Shown here: positions 27,546 to 40,400 of the stretch, piece by piece
How the letters are laid out: each line of letters begins with the position of its first letter
Numbering within the stretch: the stretch's first letter is position 1
From: the human T2T-CHM13v2.0 reference genome, Homo sapiens
DNA length: 64,000 nucleotides
Direction: 5' to 3'
Assembly: GCA_009914755.4 (NCBI GenBank)
Contig: CP068257.2
Span: forward strand, 38,336,001-38,400,000
The notes under the pieces: model-generated
What the model saw: only the letters and a program-made list of their open reading frames with translations
Databases searched by the model: none
Told to the model about the DNA's origin: nothing
Made by a program: the position numbers and the translations under genes

Positions 27546-27666
27546 AATAGTGAGCACGAGGCTTCATTTATGCGTATTTTGTTCAAATTTAACTCTGAAT
27601 TTTTTGACTTTCACTCCCTGGTCTGGTCCTTCCCAGAGCTTTTTTATCTTTATTTTTATTTATTTA

Positions 27667-27913
27667 TTTTTTTTTGACAGGGTCTCACTTTGTCACCCAG
27701 GCTGGAGTGCAGTGATGCAATCTCAGCTCACTGCAGTCTCGACCTCCTGCATTTGAGCAATCCTTCTGCCTTAGCCCCCCAAGTAGCTTGGACTATAGGT
27801 GTGCACCACCACGCCTGGCTAATATTTGTATTTTTTGTAGAGATGGTGTTTTGCCATGTTGCCCAGGCTGGTCTAGAACTCCTGAGCTCAAGTGATCCCC
27901 CAACCTCAGCCTC
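27667..27913 (-). mobile_element. Alu SINE (antisense, 5'-truncated by about 40 bp)
   Basis: Poly-T then 'gacagggtctcactttgtcacccaggctggagtgcagtg...ctcctgagctcaagtgatcccccaacctcagcctcc'. Possible 8-bp TSD 'agagcttt' on both flanks. Confidence 0.9.
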
Positions 27914-28593
27914 CTTAGAGCTTTAATTGCCTCCTGTTTACCCTGTTGGTGAGGGAGGGTTCTCTCCCTAGGATTTGGAATGTGGCTAAACACACAACAC
28001 CTGACAGTGGACAGATGCGATCGACAGCAGCCTATTCCTAACATATACCCACAGCCCAAGGGAGGAGGACACCATGCCACGCAGGCCATTTAAGGACAGA
28101 GTGAATAACCAGGGGCTGTGGGAGGCAGGCTTTGTAGTAACAAGAGACTGCAATGTCTCTCGGTTCCTGTGGGAGGATGCAACTGGCTTATTTGAGTAAT
28201 TCCACCGGCTGGCAGGGAATGAAACTCACTACTCAAGGATAAGCAGTATCTGCCTGGTCCCTTGATAAGGAGGGTTGCTTGGCTGGGGGACCTTCTCTGC
28301 AGGAGCAGACTGGGGAGGTGAGTTTGTGGTGATGCCATCTGAGGCCCTCCTGATTTTGACAGATGTAAGGAAACAAATAATACTTAGCTTTAATTTAAAC
28401 CTTAGACTATACAGAGTTACAAGAACAGGACACAGAGTCAGTGCTTATGAGGTCAAATAACCTACTAAGCTGTGTGTCTTGAAGTTATGTAGCCTCTCTC
28501 TGCCTTTCTCAACCTATTAATGAGGAATGATAATAACATTCACTTCATAAGCTGCTGTCCAAAATAAGTTGATGTGTAAAAGACACTTGTACC

Positions 28594-29110
<517 letters not shown>

Positions 29111-32100
29111 TGAATAGCCATCCACTCACGTCCACAGGGGTTATTCTATTCATAATACTATAGAAATAGCTTCCACTTACAGAATGCCTACTCTATGCTG
29201 GGTGCTGACCCAGGCACTGGCTCAGGGGGTCTAAGGCCCTGGGAGGGTGGAGGCTCCAGGGTGAGGGACGGGATGGGTCAGGGCAGGAAGGATGTTGTAG
29301 ACTGTGGTGAAGAATTTGGAACATGTGGTTGTCACCCTGGGGTCTGGAGTTATGAGATGGGAAAATAGTGTAGAAATTATTGAGACGGGGGCGTTTCAAA
29401 GTTCACGTGACCCCAAGAGATCTGGCCACTCCTTCCACTGGGAAACCTGCACATCCTTCTTCCCCTCTGCATGCACTGGCCTTGGATTGATGAGAGTGGC
29501 TGCTGTGGGTGTGTCCCTCAGGCTTGCTGGGACAGAGACAGTATGGAGGGCTGCTGCAATGGAGGGACGTGGAGACTCGGGAGAGTGTGAGCTGGGGAGG
29601 ATAGGTCAGGGTGTGGGTGGAGTGAACATTCAGGCTGCCCTGCAGAGGACAGACTGCAGCTGAGAAAGACCTGAGAGAGAGAGAGAGAGCAAGGATGGTG
29701 TGCCCATGTCTGGGAGAGACAGCATGAGCAGGGCAGCCAAGGAGAGGATGAGAAGGATTTGTGACCATGCAGCTCTCTTTCCAACCAAGGGCGTCATACC
29801 AGTGCAGACACCTTTTCTTCTCAATCTGGGAGAATTTCACTTCTGGTACTTGTAAAATAGGAGTTGCTCCTGCGAGTAATTTTTTGAAAACAAGGCGAAT
29901 AAAAATACATATTTTTGTACTGAAAGCCTTGGGAGATGGAAAGGATCTCAAATCTCAGATCCTGAGGAGAGAGGGTACAGAGGTATAGGTGAGAGGGGTT
30001 GGGGACAGGGGCTGCAGACTGAAAACATGGAGGGCTTGAGAAATGCCCATTCTGCAGTCTTCAAGGAAATATTCCAATGTATCTCCAATAGTCATGCCAT
30101 ATAGCCTCGCTGGGGCCACAGAGCCATTGTAGAGGTTAGCAACTCAATCCCGCAGTCAGAAAGTCCCGACAGGACATCAGATGCAGGGATGAACTGCGGT
30201 AAGCAGAGCTGCAGTCAAGCAAAATGAGGGTCAGAGCAGCTCACTGAGCCTGGGCAAGGTGGAGCGCTAGAGAATTCCCTGGCAAGCAAGGAAAATACAT
30301 GGAAATAAATCTCCCTGCAAACAGCATTGCTAATTAAAAATGTATCCATGCCATTGATGATGTGGAGTTTTGTTGCTTTATATTAGTGACTATAAATGTA
30401 TTTACATTGGCTTTCAAGCTTACTGCACTTTGAAAGTTCTTAAATTCCTCAACGTCAGATTCTACAATCAAATTCTATGACCCATGGGTCTAACCCTCCA
30501 GTAGCGGTGCAGGGAAATCTGTAGTATTTAAGGGTTTGGATCCCCAGAACTTAGTGATGTACTTGGTGGAGAGGGGGCTGGAGGTGGCTGGGGCAGGAGT
30601 CAGGACTGGGCACAGGGAGGCAGCTACATGAGTTGTGGGGGCAGGGGCTTACGGGGCTCCTGTGGGACAGGCATAGTCACGTGACTTGGAGCTGGAGGCA
30701 TGTAGTCAGCAGGTCGGGCTCTCCCAGCAAATCCTCTTAGGTCACAGATTCCACCCGGTTCATGTGTTAGACGTGCACTCACATGGGTGCCACCTTTCCT
30801 AGTGGGAAACAACCGAATAGCAATACGCTGATATCAGTATCATTTTCTTTTTTTTTTATCAGTATCATTTCCTTTTATTTGCCAAGAAAAGAGATCTCTG
30901 TGTTTTGGAATGAGACTGGGCCATTTTCTTGACCTGGGGAAGTCGGTTACCTTTACTTAGCTTCAATTCCTCATTTATTATGTGTGGAGAGTCACCTGTG
31001 ATGCAGATTAAATGTAAGGGAGTAACATGTACAGTCTCCTAGCACAGTGTCTGGGGCATAACAGACATTCCGCAGTAGTAATGATCGTCATCAGGATCAT
31101 ATAGCTGGTTCCTTTGAAATACCTCCGCATAAGCCATCTATAAGGTTCTTTCTGAAAAAATACTAGTTGATTTGAATGTGGATTAGGAAAAGGCCACTGG
31201 GTTTGGGGAAGGTGGAGATATGGCCACATTCTAAATTTTAATGGTATGCTCCTTTGAAAAAGGAGTTCCAGGCATGACTTCCTCCTTTGTGTTCATGTAT
31301 GATTGCTTGACGGTAAGACTAATGTCCCATACATTTTATTAGTCCACATATTGGCCATCAAGGATGGGGCAAGTCCTTCTTACTGGGTCCCAGGAGTGGC
31401 ATGCCTTGTGGTTAGCCTGTGTTCCTTCTCTGGTTGCCTCAGCCCCTTTTCTTTCTTCTTTCTCCTGACTTTTTCTGGGCAGGTTTCTCTGAGAACTAGG
31501 TAGAAAGATCACATTAGTCAGAGGAAAGATGAAAAGAAATTAGTGGTTACAGTCTTATAGCTCACTTGGGAAATCTGTGCCCGTTCTCCAGGGGTTTTCA
31601 GCTTTAATTTTTCTAATTCAATCATTTTACAGTCTGAACCCGCTGGCAGGCAGTGAATTTCTTTTAAGATTGCTGCAGCAGGGAGCTTCTATTGGCAGAA
31701 ATAATTTTTTAGTGCTATAAAAATCTTGGCGGAGTTTGAGAAACATCCTGGTGGTCCCAGCCCATCTCCTAGTGACCACTCCATTAAATCCAGGAAACAA
31801 ATCCTTCATCGACTGCTATCACAAAGTTGAAATTTATTATACAGTTCAGAAGTGTAACGATTCTGGGAAATCAAGAAGAAATGGAGATGAAATTCCCAGC
31901 TCCACAGCATAATTCTCTCAGTAAATGGACACAATCCTGCCTCTTATTTTGAGCTCAAAAGACAGACTTTGAAGATCTGAAAGTTTCTATTATTGATGCT
32001 ACTTAAAAGAAGTTGGCTCCAAAATCATCAAGTACTCTGTTTGTGGAATAAATGGAGTTTTAATGGCCTGTGGTGCCATATGAATATTCATGCTAATAGG

Positions 32101-34941
32101 TATTTTCCATTTAGGATATTAACCACATAGTAACCAAGAATTAATTCTAATGGCTGGCCGTTGTTATAGGCAACTAATTTATGTTGATTCTTGACTAGAA
32201 AAAGCAAATTGCCACATCCATTAAGGACATTAAGGGAAGCTATCTTTTTTCCTTCACCTGCACCAGCCCACAGGCAGACTCCCCCTACATCTGCTGAGCA
32301 TCCAAATGTCTTCTAAATGTGTTTACCAGTTTTATTTCAACCAGTAAGTGCCCTGTTTTCCATTTGCTGTTACTCAGTTAACAAGAAAGGAACCCAATAT
32401 GGAAAATTTAGATTAAGCATCAAGAGCTGAATACTTACAATCCATTTAACTAGGTCCTTTATATCAGAATGAGGCCTTGCAGAAGGCAAAAGAAATCTTG
32501 TTGGTCACTGTTTTGTGCAGATCAGAATGAGTGTCCCTGACCTCAAGTATTGTAGATGTCAAAGCTGACTGGGTGAGGAGGATAGCCTTTCTTTTTGCAC
32601 ACTTGGATAAGGCAAAAGTAAAGGAGTCTCAAGGAAGAAAATAATGAACCATTTATTTTCCAGTCTTTAACCAAGATCATAAGAAACTTGTTGTGATCAT
32701 AAGAAACCAGCCTTCCCTCAAAATCAACATGTTAGATGTCAAGTCTCTGCTTACAGAGCCCGGCTGAAAAGAATAATTTTTCTGAGAGTTATTCATTGAG
32801 GGTTCTCTGCTTATTTTCCCCTTTTCTAGCCAAGAGTTATGATCTTTAGTAAGACCACCTGGTGGCAGACCACCTACTACTACCAAACTCAAAAATATAC
32901 TTTAAGTACTCTAACAGAAAAATAAAAAGGAAAAAGAGAAAAGCAAAATTCTAGGAGTTTAATGGGAAACCAGAATATCTTTGGCATGAAAATATTGGAA
33001 ATATATTTTATATACTCTAGCACAGTAACTTCCCTCCAGCTCCTTTTCCTATGTAAAATTCAGCTATGATGTAGATCAGCCTCGAGATGCCTGGCCTGCA
33101 AATGCACAACTTTGGAATCAGTACGTGCAAATTTCTCCAAAATGCTCTCGTATTTTTCAAGAGAAGATCTTTTCATATAGAACAGATCATGATTAGGACA
33201 TAATTTGTCATATTTCGATTCTATGTCATGAATTTATCTTCTTTGTCATATTCCTGGGGTGTGCATAACCGTTGCTCACTGTTTTACTCTCATGGCCCTG
33301 CTTATGGTAGGTGATCAATAAATATTTATTAAATGTGTAAGTAAATAAATGAATATGATCTTTATGTAGACCACATGCTGTTGAGCATAAAATATTCAAC
33401 AGTAATGGCTTGATCTGCTGTTACTGGAGAAGGGAAGAGGATGATTTCTGATGGTGCAATGGAGGATCGCATCCATTTTCATCTTACATCCTAGCAGGAT
33501 CTCTTTTAACCACAGGGTGTTTAAAGGACCCTACTACCATCGCCACCAATGTCAGTGGACATAGGTTCCAATGATTTCAGAGCCCATTTCATTAGAGAGC
33601 TTTGTTTTCACACCTTTCCATGTTCGATAACATAGGCAGCCTGGATTTTGTGCAACAAAGAAAAGCATTTCATAGGATTCAGTTGACAAGAACTAGAACT
33701 TAAAGCATCATTCCTTCCCTTAATTAATAGATTTAAAAAAATGCATCTATGGGCTAGGGACTCTGTTTTGTGCTGGGGACTAAAACAGGATTAAGATAGG
33801 AGTCTAGTTCTCAAGGAGGGAAGGCCTGTCATTGCTCACTGTAGTTTGAGGTGTCATGACACAGGCGCACGGACTGCATTGGGGGAATTGATCCCCAAAC
33901 TGAGATTCAGATTCAGGGCCCAAATCACGCTGTACTTAGCTGCCATGTTTGTCATTATCAGCACCATGTCTCCCTCTGTGCCATTGCTAATGCAGTAGTT
34001 CTGCAAAGAACAACTAACCCTGGATTTTCTGCAAGTTTCAATTTGGTGCTTACCAGGATGGGTCAAGGGAAAATTTCTCATGGACTGTGGTACTCGTTTC
34101 TATCACTAAATGATGCTTAGCAAGTTTGCTGATGAAAACATCTAGCGGAAAGAAGCAGACGGTGGCATGGCTTTGGAAACTCCCTACATTCCCCACAAAA
34201 ACACCAGAGCACAAAACTAAAAACCCACATACACCAACTGAGCCAGAGTAGGGACAGGTCTGAGCCCACCCCCACCTACATGTTTCTCCATACATGCCTG
34301 CTGACCATCGGACCTCCTGGCATCACCCCAGCTGGCTCATACCCGCTGACCAGACCTTGCAAGCTGTCTAAAAAAACTAAGCTAAGAAGCATTTCACCAT
34401 AAATTCCACTCAGGAGAGTTAAGTCTATTGCCCACATGTGCACAAGACCAGGAGAATGACCAATCCTTACTCTGAGCCTCATTGTAATACCTTCGCCCAG
34501 GGAGGGGCTTAGCTGCCATTTTCTAATCATGCAAAATATGTGTTAGCATGATTTCTTACTGCATCTGCACACCCTGCACTCCACCCTGCACGTGAAATGA
34601 CCCTCACCTACCTCGTGAGTTATGCATGTCACCCTTCTTAAGACACCGCAAGGCATTCCCCTGGGGTGCCAGCCAGAGGACCCTTCTTCCTGTGCTGTCT
34701 CCCAATGTATGCCCAATGTTTCAGGCAGAAGTCTTAATAAAGCTTGTCTAGGAAACTTGCTTGGCCTAGTGACAATTTCTGTTGCATGGGGGCCTAAGAA
34801 CTTGTGGTCAGTAACACAACCACCATGAAACTTAGTGAGAGGAGCCCTGCAAATCCCATCATCTAAGGGAGCAGAATCCTGGATCACCAGATGCCATCAC
34901 CCCACCTCTTCTGCACCACATCCTCATCCCACCAAGTTTGC

Positions 34942-35092
34942 CTGCCTCCCTCCCTCCCTTCCTTCCTTCTTTCCTTCCTTCCTTCCTTCCCCCTTCTGCA
35001 CCACATCCTCCCCATCTCTTAACACTAACATTCCCTCCCTCCCTCCCTCCCTCCCTCCCTCCCTCCCTCCCTTCCTTCCTTCCTTCCTTCCC
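34942..35092. repeat. Two (TCCC)n/(TTCC)n polypyrimidine microsatellite blocks (34942-34993 and 35032-35092) separated by a duplicated 'cttctgcaccacatcctc' segment
   Basis: 'cctccctccctcccttccttccttctttccttccttccttccttccc' and 'ccctccctccctccctccctccctccctccctcccttccttccttccttccttcccc' read directly. 'cttctgcaccacatcctc' occurs at about 34908 and about 34993. Confidence 0.9.
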
Positions 35093-35519
35093 CATTGTCC
35101 TCTGAAGCTGAGGCTGAAAGGGAGTAGGAGAAACTAGTATGTATTGGGCCACTGCTCTCTGCCCAGCAGTGGTACCCATGAAAATATCTCAAATCGGAGA
35201 ATGGGATTTTCCAGAATCTCTGTGGTTTCATCTAATTTTGTTATTTTCAATAAATTTAATTTGTTGAACTTACATAACTAAATGTTACTTTTTGTACACT
35301 TGTAAAACTTCTCATAAATAAATCCATAAACCCTAAAAATACTCTTATTTCTAAATGTGTACCATGGTTTTGGTTTGGGAAATACAGTTTTATGCAAAGG
35401 GATAAATTTAAATTGAACAGCTGGAGAAACAAGCTTGAAAAAAAATTCAGCCTCCAAATAAGACAGAAGGATTTGATGGTGAAATGTACTTCAACGAAAT
35501 TTAAAATAATTGCCTATGG

Positions 35520-35910
35520 GCTTTCGTTGTGGTGGTTTGTGTTCTTAAGACATTACCCAGCTGGAGTTAAAATGCCGGTGGTCCAGCGCTGTTTGCAGCT
35601 CTCTGGTGTGGGGGCTTCTTCTTCAGTTTGCTGACCCCTTCCCATCGGCCTGTGGACTGCGTGAGGCCGTCCAAATTCCCCCTTGAGTCTCCCCACTTCC
35701 CGCGGAATGTCTTCAGGGTTCATGATCTTGGACAAACATGTGCTGGAGATTTCCAACTTCATGTCTCTGGCTTTGACTAGTCTCTGGAAATCCAGCCACA
35801 TTTCCGAATATCTGCAGGACGCCTCTATGGAGATTGGAACGATTTAGCCTGGATCCATGAGCATTTAACAAAATCCGCCACGGCTGCTGGGAGCCGATAG
35901 TTCCGGGGAA
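35520..35910. promoter_or_regulatory. Short CpG-island-like patch (observed/expected CpG about 0.6-0.7 over about 390 bp); function unknown
   Basis: I count about 15 CpGs (gccggtg, agcgct, atcggcc, ctgcgtg, gccgtcc, cccgcggaa, ccgaata, gacgcct, aacgatt, tccgccacggc, gccgata, tccgggg). This contrasts with near-total CpG depletion elsewhere in the window. Confidence 0.3.
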
Positions 35911-35926
35911 GTTTTATGCAAAATTG

Positions 35927-35972
35927 AGTGTGTGTGTGTGTGTGTGTGTGTGTGTCCGTGTCCGTGTGGTGT
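35927..35972. repeat. (TG)n microsatellite, about 15 pure units then a degenerate stretch
   Basis: 'gagtgtgtgtgtgtgtgtgtgtgtgtgtccgtgtccgtgtggtgtg'. Confidence 0.9.
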
Positions 35973-36699
35973 GCATACCTATGGATGTGGGGGTGTGGGG
36001 AGGGTGTGTTTGCACAGTGCATTTTTCTGGGAAGAAAGTACATAGATTTTTTTCAGATTTTCAAAGTGTACTTTGGTGCTTCTCTTCCCCCACAGTAGCT
36101 AATGTTCTAGGAATGCTTATCTTGCGCCAGGCATCATACCAAGTGCTTTATTGGTATTGTATATTTAATAATTTCAGTCATCTTTTGAGGTATGATCTGT
36201 TCATATTTGTCATTTTGGAAATACGAAGCATAGTGAGATTGGTAAACTCCAAGGTCATAGCTAATAGACATTGGAGGGAAGGTTCAAATCCTGCCCTTGC
36301 CCCAAGGCAAGATCCTGGCTCCTAATTCAAGTTCTCCACCAGCATTGCATCACTGGGACCTACCTGTCTCCCCTACTTGGTCATGGATTTTGGTGTTTCT
36401 TTTTAAAACTCTGTCTCCCAGACATTCTCACAGCCTCTCCTCTAGTTCAACCCCCAAATATGATGTTAGTTGGCCTATGGAGGCTGACCCATCTCCAGAA
36501 TGGATTATTGTCACACTGGCCTTCCCGCCCCTTCCCTTCTTCCTCCATCCCTGCATCATCTGGGGCCCACAGGGTCTCTAAAGCATCCATGGGCTCCCAA
36601 TCTACAGTCCAGTCTGTCAGCAGGAGGTCATGTTACTCCACGGTCAGGGTCACTCTGACCTTTCCAGACACGGTTCTGAAGGGCTCTTCAGGAGACACC

Positions 36700-36714
36700 A
36701 CACATACGCACCAA

Positions 36715-36754
<40 letters not shown>

Positions 36755-37424
36755 CAAATACATCAGACACCCCCACACTACACACACACACACTCACTCA
36801 CATACAACACAAACACGCCGAACACACGCACGCCACCTCTCCACACTACACACAAATATACACACACTCACCACCCACGCAAATGTACATACACCACCAC
36901 ATCACACACACCACACACACCCACCAAACACATCAGACACCCCACATTACACACACACACTCACATACAACACAAATACACACACACCTGACACTTTCCA
37001 CACTACACACACATGCACAATCACCACCCACACAAAACACATCACACACACCACACAAACACGCACACCATACACTGTGCACACACACTCACATACCACA
37101 CAACACACCAAACCCATAGACACCAGACACCCCTCACACTACACACACACACTCACATATAACACAAACACACACCAAACACACACTCCCAGACACTCCC
37201 CCAACACCACACACACTGTGCACACACATACACTCATACCACACACCACACATACCAAACACACCCAAACACCAGACACCCCACACATATGCACACCACA
37301 CACAAATAGCACACCACACACTACACATACACTTCCACACACCACAGCCCCCTACCTTCCCACACACCCTGCTCCCCTACACCATACCCCACATCCTACC
37401 TCCCACATCCCACACCACATCCCA

Positions 37425-37470
<46 letters not shown>
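36700..37470. repeat. Complex CA-rich low-complexity block: a pure (CA)n at each end with a degenerate AC-only core
   Basis: Pure (CA)n at about 36717-36752 and about 37427-37468. The core between them is composed almost exclusively of A and C on the + strand. Motif recurrences 'ca(a/t)acatcagacaccccaca(c/t)tacacacacacactcac(tcac)atacaacacaaa(c/t)ac' occur at about 36752, about 36922 and about 37103. Confidence 0.9.
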
Positions 37471-37759
37471 TTGATGTCTCTGAGGCCTGGAACCTCTGCC
37501 ATGTGAGGACACAGCATTCACCCCTTCCCGAGGACACAGTGTTCAAGGCGCCATCTTAGAAGCAGAGGCCAGACCCTGACTAAGCAATGAACCTGCTGGC
37601 AGCTTGATCATGGACTTCCCACTCTCCAGAACTATACAAAATACATTTCTTTTCTTTATAAATTACATGACCTGTGGTGTTCTGTTATTGCAGCACAAAA
37701 CAGGCAAAGATAATTGTCTTCCCTGAATGAGTATAATTGTTCCCAAATTTCTCCTTTTT

Positions 37760-37900
37760 GTAAGGACACCACTCATATTGGATTAAAGTTCACCCTAAGC
37801 ACCTCACTTGAGCTTGATTACCTCTGTCAAGACTGTATCTCAAAATAAGGTCACATTCTGAGGTACTGGGAGTTAGGAAGCCAACATACCTTTTCTGGGT
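37760..37900. mobile_element. MLT1-family MaLR LTR 3' fragment
   Basis: 'gattacctctgtcaagactgtatctcaaaataaggtcacattctgaggtactgggagttaggaagccaacatacc' closely matches the MLT1 3' end. Confidence 0.55.
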
Positions 37901-38091
37901 AGCAGGGGATGTAATTTTACCCATCACAACATTTGATCACTCTCTTGGTTTCTGTACTCATCTTAGGGTCAGCAATGAGCCCCCGAAAGGTTCTTCTTTC
38001 CACCAGCTCTTCCTTCTTCAACATGGACAATTTACATTTTCATCTGTGCTCTTATCACCCTTGGTCTCCTGTAGTTAAGAATCCTGAATCG

Positions 38092-38446
<355 letters not shown>

Positions 38447-40194
38447 TCAGCTTTGAGGTCACTGCGGGGTGGTTTTGTTTTAATTAATTTATATTTTTCT
38501 TTCCAGCCAGGCTGCTGCAAGTGCTTGGCTTTCTGGAAGAGGTTTTGGGATGCTCAGATGTACACAGCAGGCCAGAATTTGGCCATGCGAATGGTCTTAG
38601 GGTTAGAGATGAAGCATGACTATTAATAACAATTATCACAGGGTGGCTGCTCAGAGTCAGTGTCATCTGCATAATCATCTTTCACCTCAGCATCTGCTCC
38701 CTTCAAATACAGGTGTGTGATTTTTAAAGAACCAAATATTCAGAATATACCTTTCTTCTCCCCCACTTCTGAGGAACTCAGATCACTTTGTTGTGAGATC
38801 TAACATGATTCCTTTGCTCTTCATAGGCACTTCATGATAAGGTGGTAATTTCATGCCTTGGGGAATTAGATGCAGTTATAGCTGTAGATGTACTTGAGTT
38901 ACTGGAATCCAGACAGGCAAAGATGATTTACTGGTAGAAGCACCACAGCTCAGCAAGGAGAAGGAAATAGGGCCAACATTTCTGACTCTTGGCTTCCAAC
39001 TTCTAACCATATTTTATCTAGGTTGATCAACTTTGAAGCACCTGTCATTGCAATTTCAGGGTATGTGCTCTAACGCATGTCTTCTGCAAAGGCTTCAAGT
39101 CATTTTGTTTGATGTGCTTTTTATTATCTATTGCATCCTGAAGCACGCGCTGGGTGCAAAACTCTGACATTTTTGGCAAACTCTGCCGTTGGCCGACCAG
39201 ATGTCAGGGATGCCCTGTGGACAGGATCCAGGTGTGTGATGGGCTCCATGGGTCTAGCTGCCCTTCATATTTCCAGATGAGTCCTGTTGCAGCCTCGAGC
39301 TGAAGATAAAACAAGGGATGCAGGGAGGGGCTCAGGAGGTTACATTTTCACTACCACTTTTGAGCTTCAGCAAAGGAGAAATGGAAATGTCAGTGAGGGC
39401 TGTTATCTTTAAAATATGTGCATTCTAAGGAGAAGAATTAAAAACAAACAAACAGAAAAACCTAAAATCTATGCAACTCTGGATTTCTTTGCAACTCTGG
39501 ATTTCTTTGCAACTCTAGGTTCCATATCACACACTGGGTAGCTTAAAATGGTAGCGCTTTATTCTCTCACAGTTCTGGAAGGTAGAAGTCAGAAGTCAAG
39601 GTATCAGTTAGAGACATGCTTCATATTCACTTACCCACAAACTAGTGGATGACACATTTTGGCCATTTGGAAGATCTTTATTATAGGAGTATGTAGATTT
39701 TCCATAGAGTGCTGTTGTGTGATTTGAATTTTAGTTGTGGCCCTGCCTCTGACTTTGTCAGTGATTTATCCTGGTTCCAGGAAATAAGAATAGCCTTTTT
39801 CTCATGATAGTCTTTGGTAGTTTTTAAAACATTTGTTTAACTCAACAGATGCACCATGTGCCTGACACTGCTCTACACCAGTGAAGAATTTACACTGTAA
39901 TGGGGGGAGGTAACTATAAAGATGATAAACATAACATCTTAATTGGAGTGAGTATGAAGATGGTTGTTATCTTTTCCTAAAAGAAACAACAACAACAAAA
40001 CAAAAAAGGAAGTCAAGGTATCAAGAGGGAGATGCTACCTCTGAGACACTGGAGAGAATCCTTCATTGCCTCCTCCTCGCTTCTGGTGGTGGCCGTTAAT
40101 TCGTGGTGTTTCCTGGTTTGCAGCTGTGTCACTCTCATCTTGGTCTCCGTCTTCACATAATGTACTCCTTGTGTGTGTCTATGTGCTCAATTTT

Positions 40195-40400
40195 CCCTTT
40201 TCTTATAAAGACACCAGTCATTGGACTTAGGACCCACCCCAATCCAATATGACCGCATCTTAATTTGCTTACATCTGCAAACATTCTATTTTCAAATAAG
40301 GTCCCATTCACAGGTACAGGGGTTAAGGATGCCAACATATCTTTCTGGGGGACACAGTTCAACCCAGTGCATGCTCCATTATCATCACATGGCGGCATTT
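40195..40400. mobile_element. MLT1-family MaLR LTR 3' fragment
   Basis: 'cttataaagacaccagtcattggacttaggacccaccccaatccaatatgaccgcatcttaatttgcttacatctgcaaacattctattttcaaataaggtcccattcacaggtacaggggttaaggatgccaacatatc'. Confidence 0.55.

Noticed and set aside
29403-29951. 182-aa minus-strand ORF, the longest in non-repeat sequence
   Set aside because: Ser/Leu/Pro/His-rich low-complexity translation with no recognisable domain. It is overlapped by three other ORFs in other frames at the same site, which is typical of GC-rich noise. No splice or start context supports it.
34835-35137. 100-aa ORF with the proline/leucine/serine repeat 'LPPSLPPSLPPFLPSFLP'
   Set aside because: Translation of the (TCCC)n/(TTCC)n microsatellite.
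36271-37119. 282-aa ORF on the + strand overlapping the same CA-rich block
   Set aside because: Same artefact. The C-terminal two thirds is 'HTHTHTH...' repeat translation.
36630-37559. Longest ORF in the window (309 aa, + strand), rich in His/Thr/Pro ('HTHTHTHTHPKYIRHPHTTHTH...')
   Set aside because: It is a direct translation of the degenerate (CA)n block. Composition-driven absence of stop codons, not a gene.
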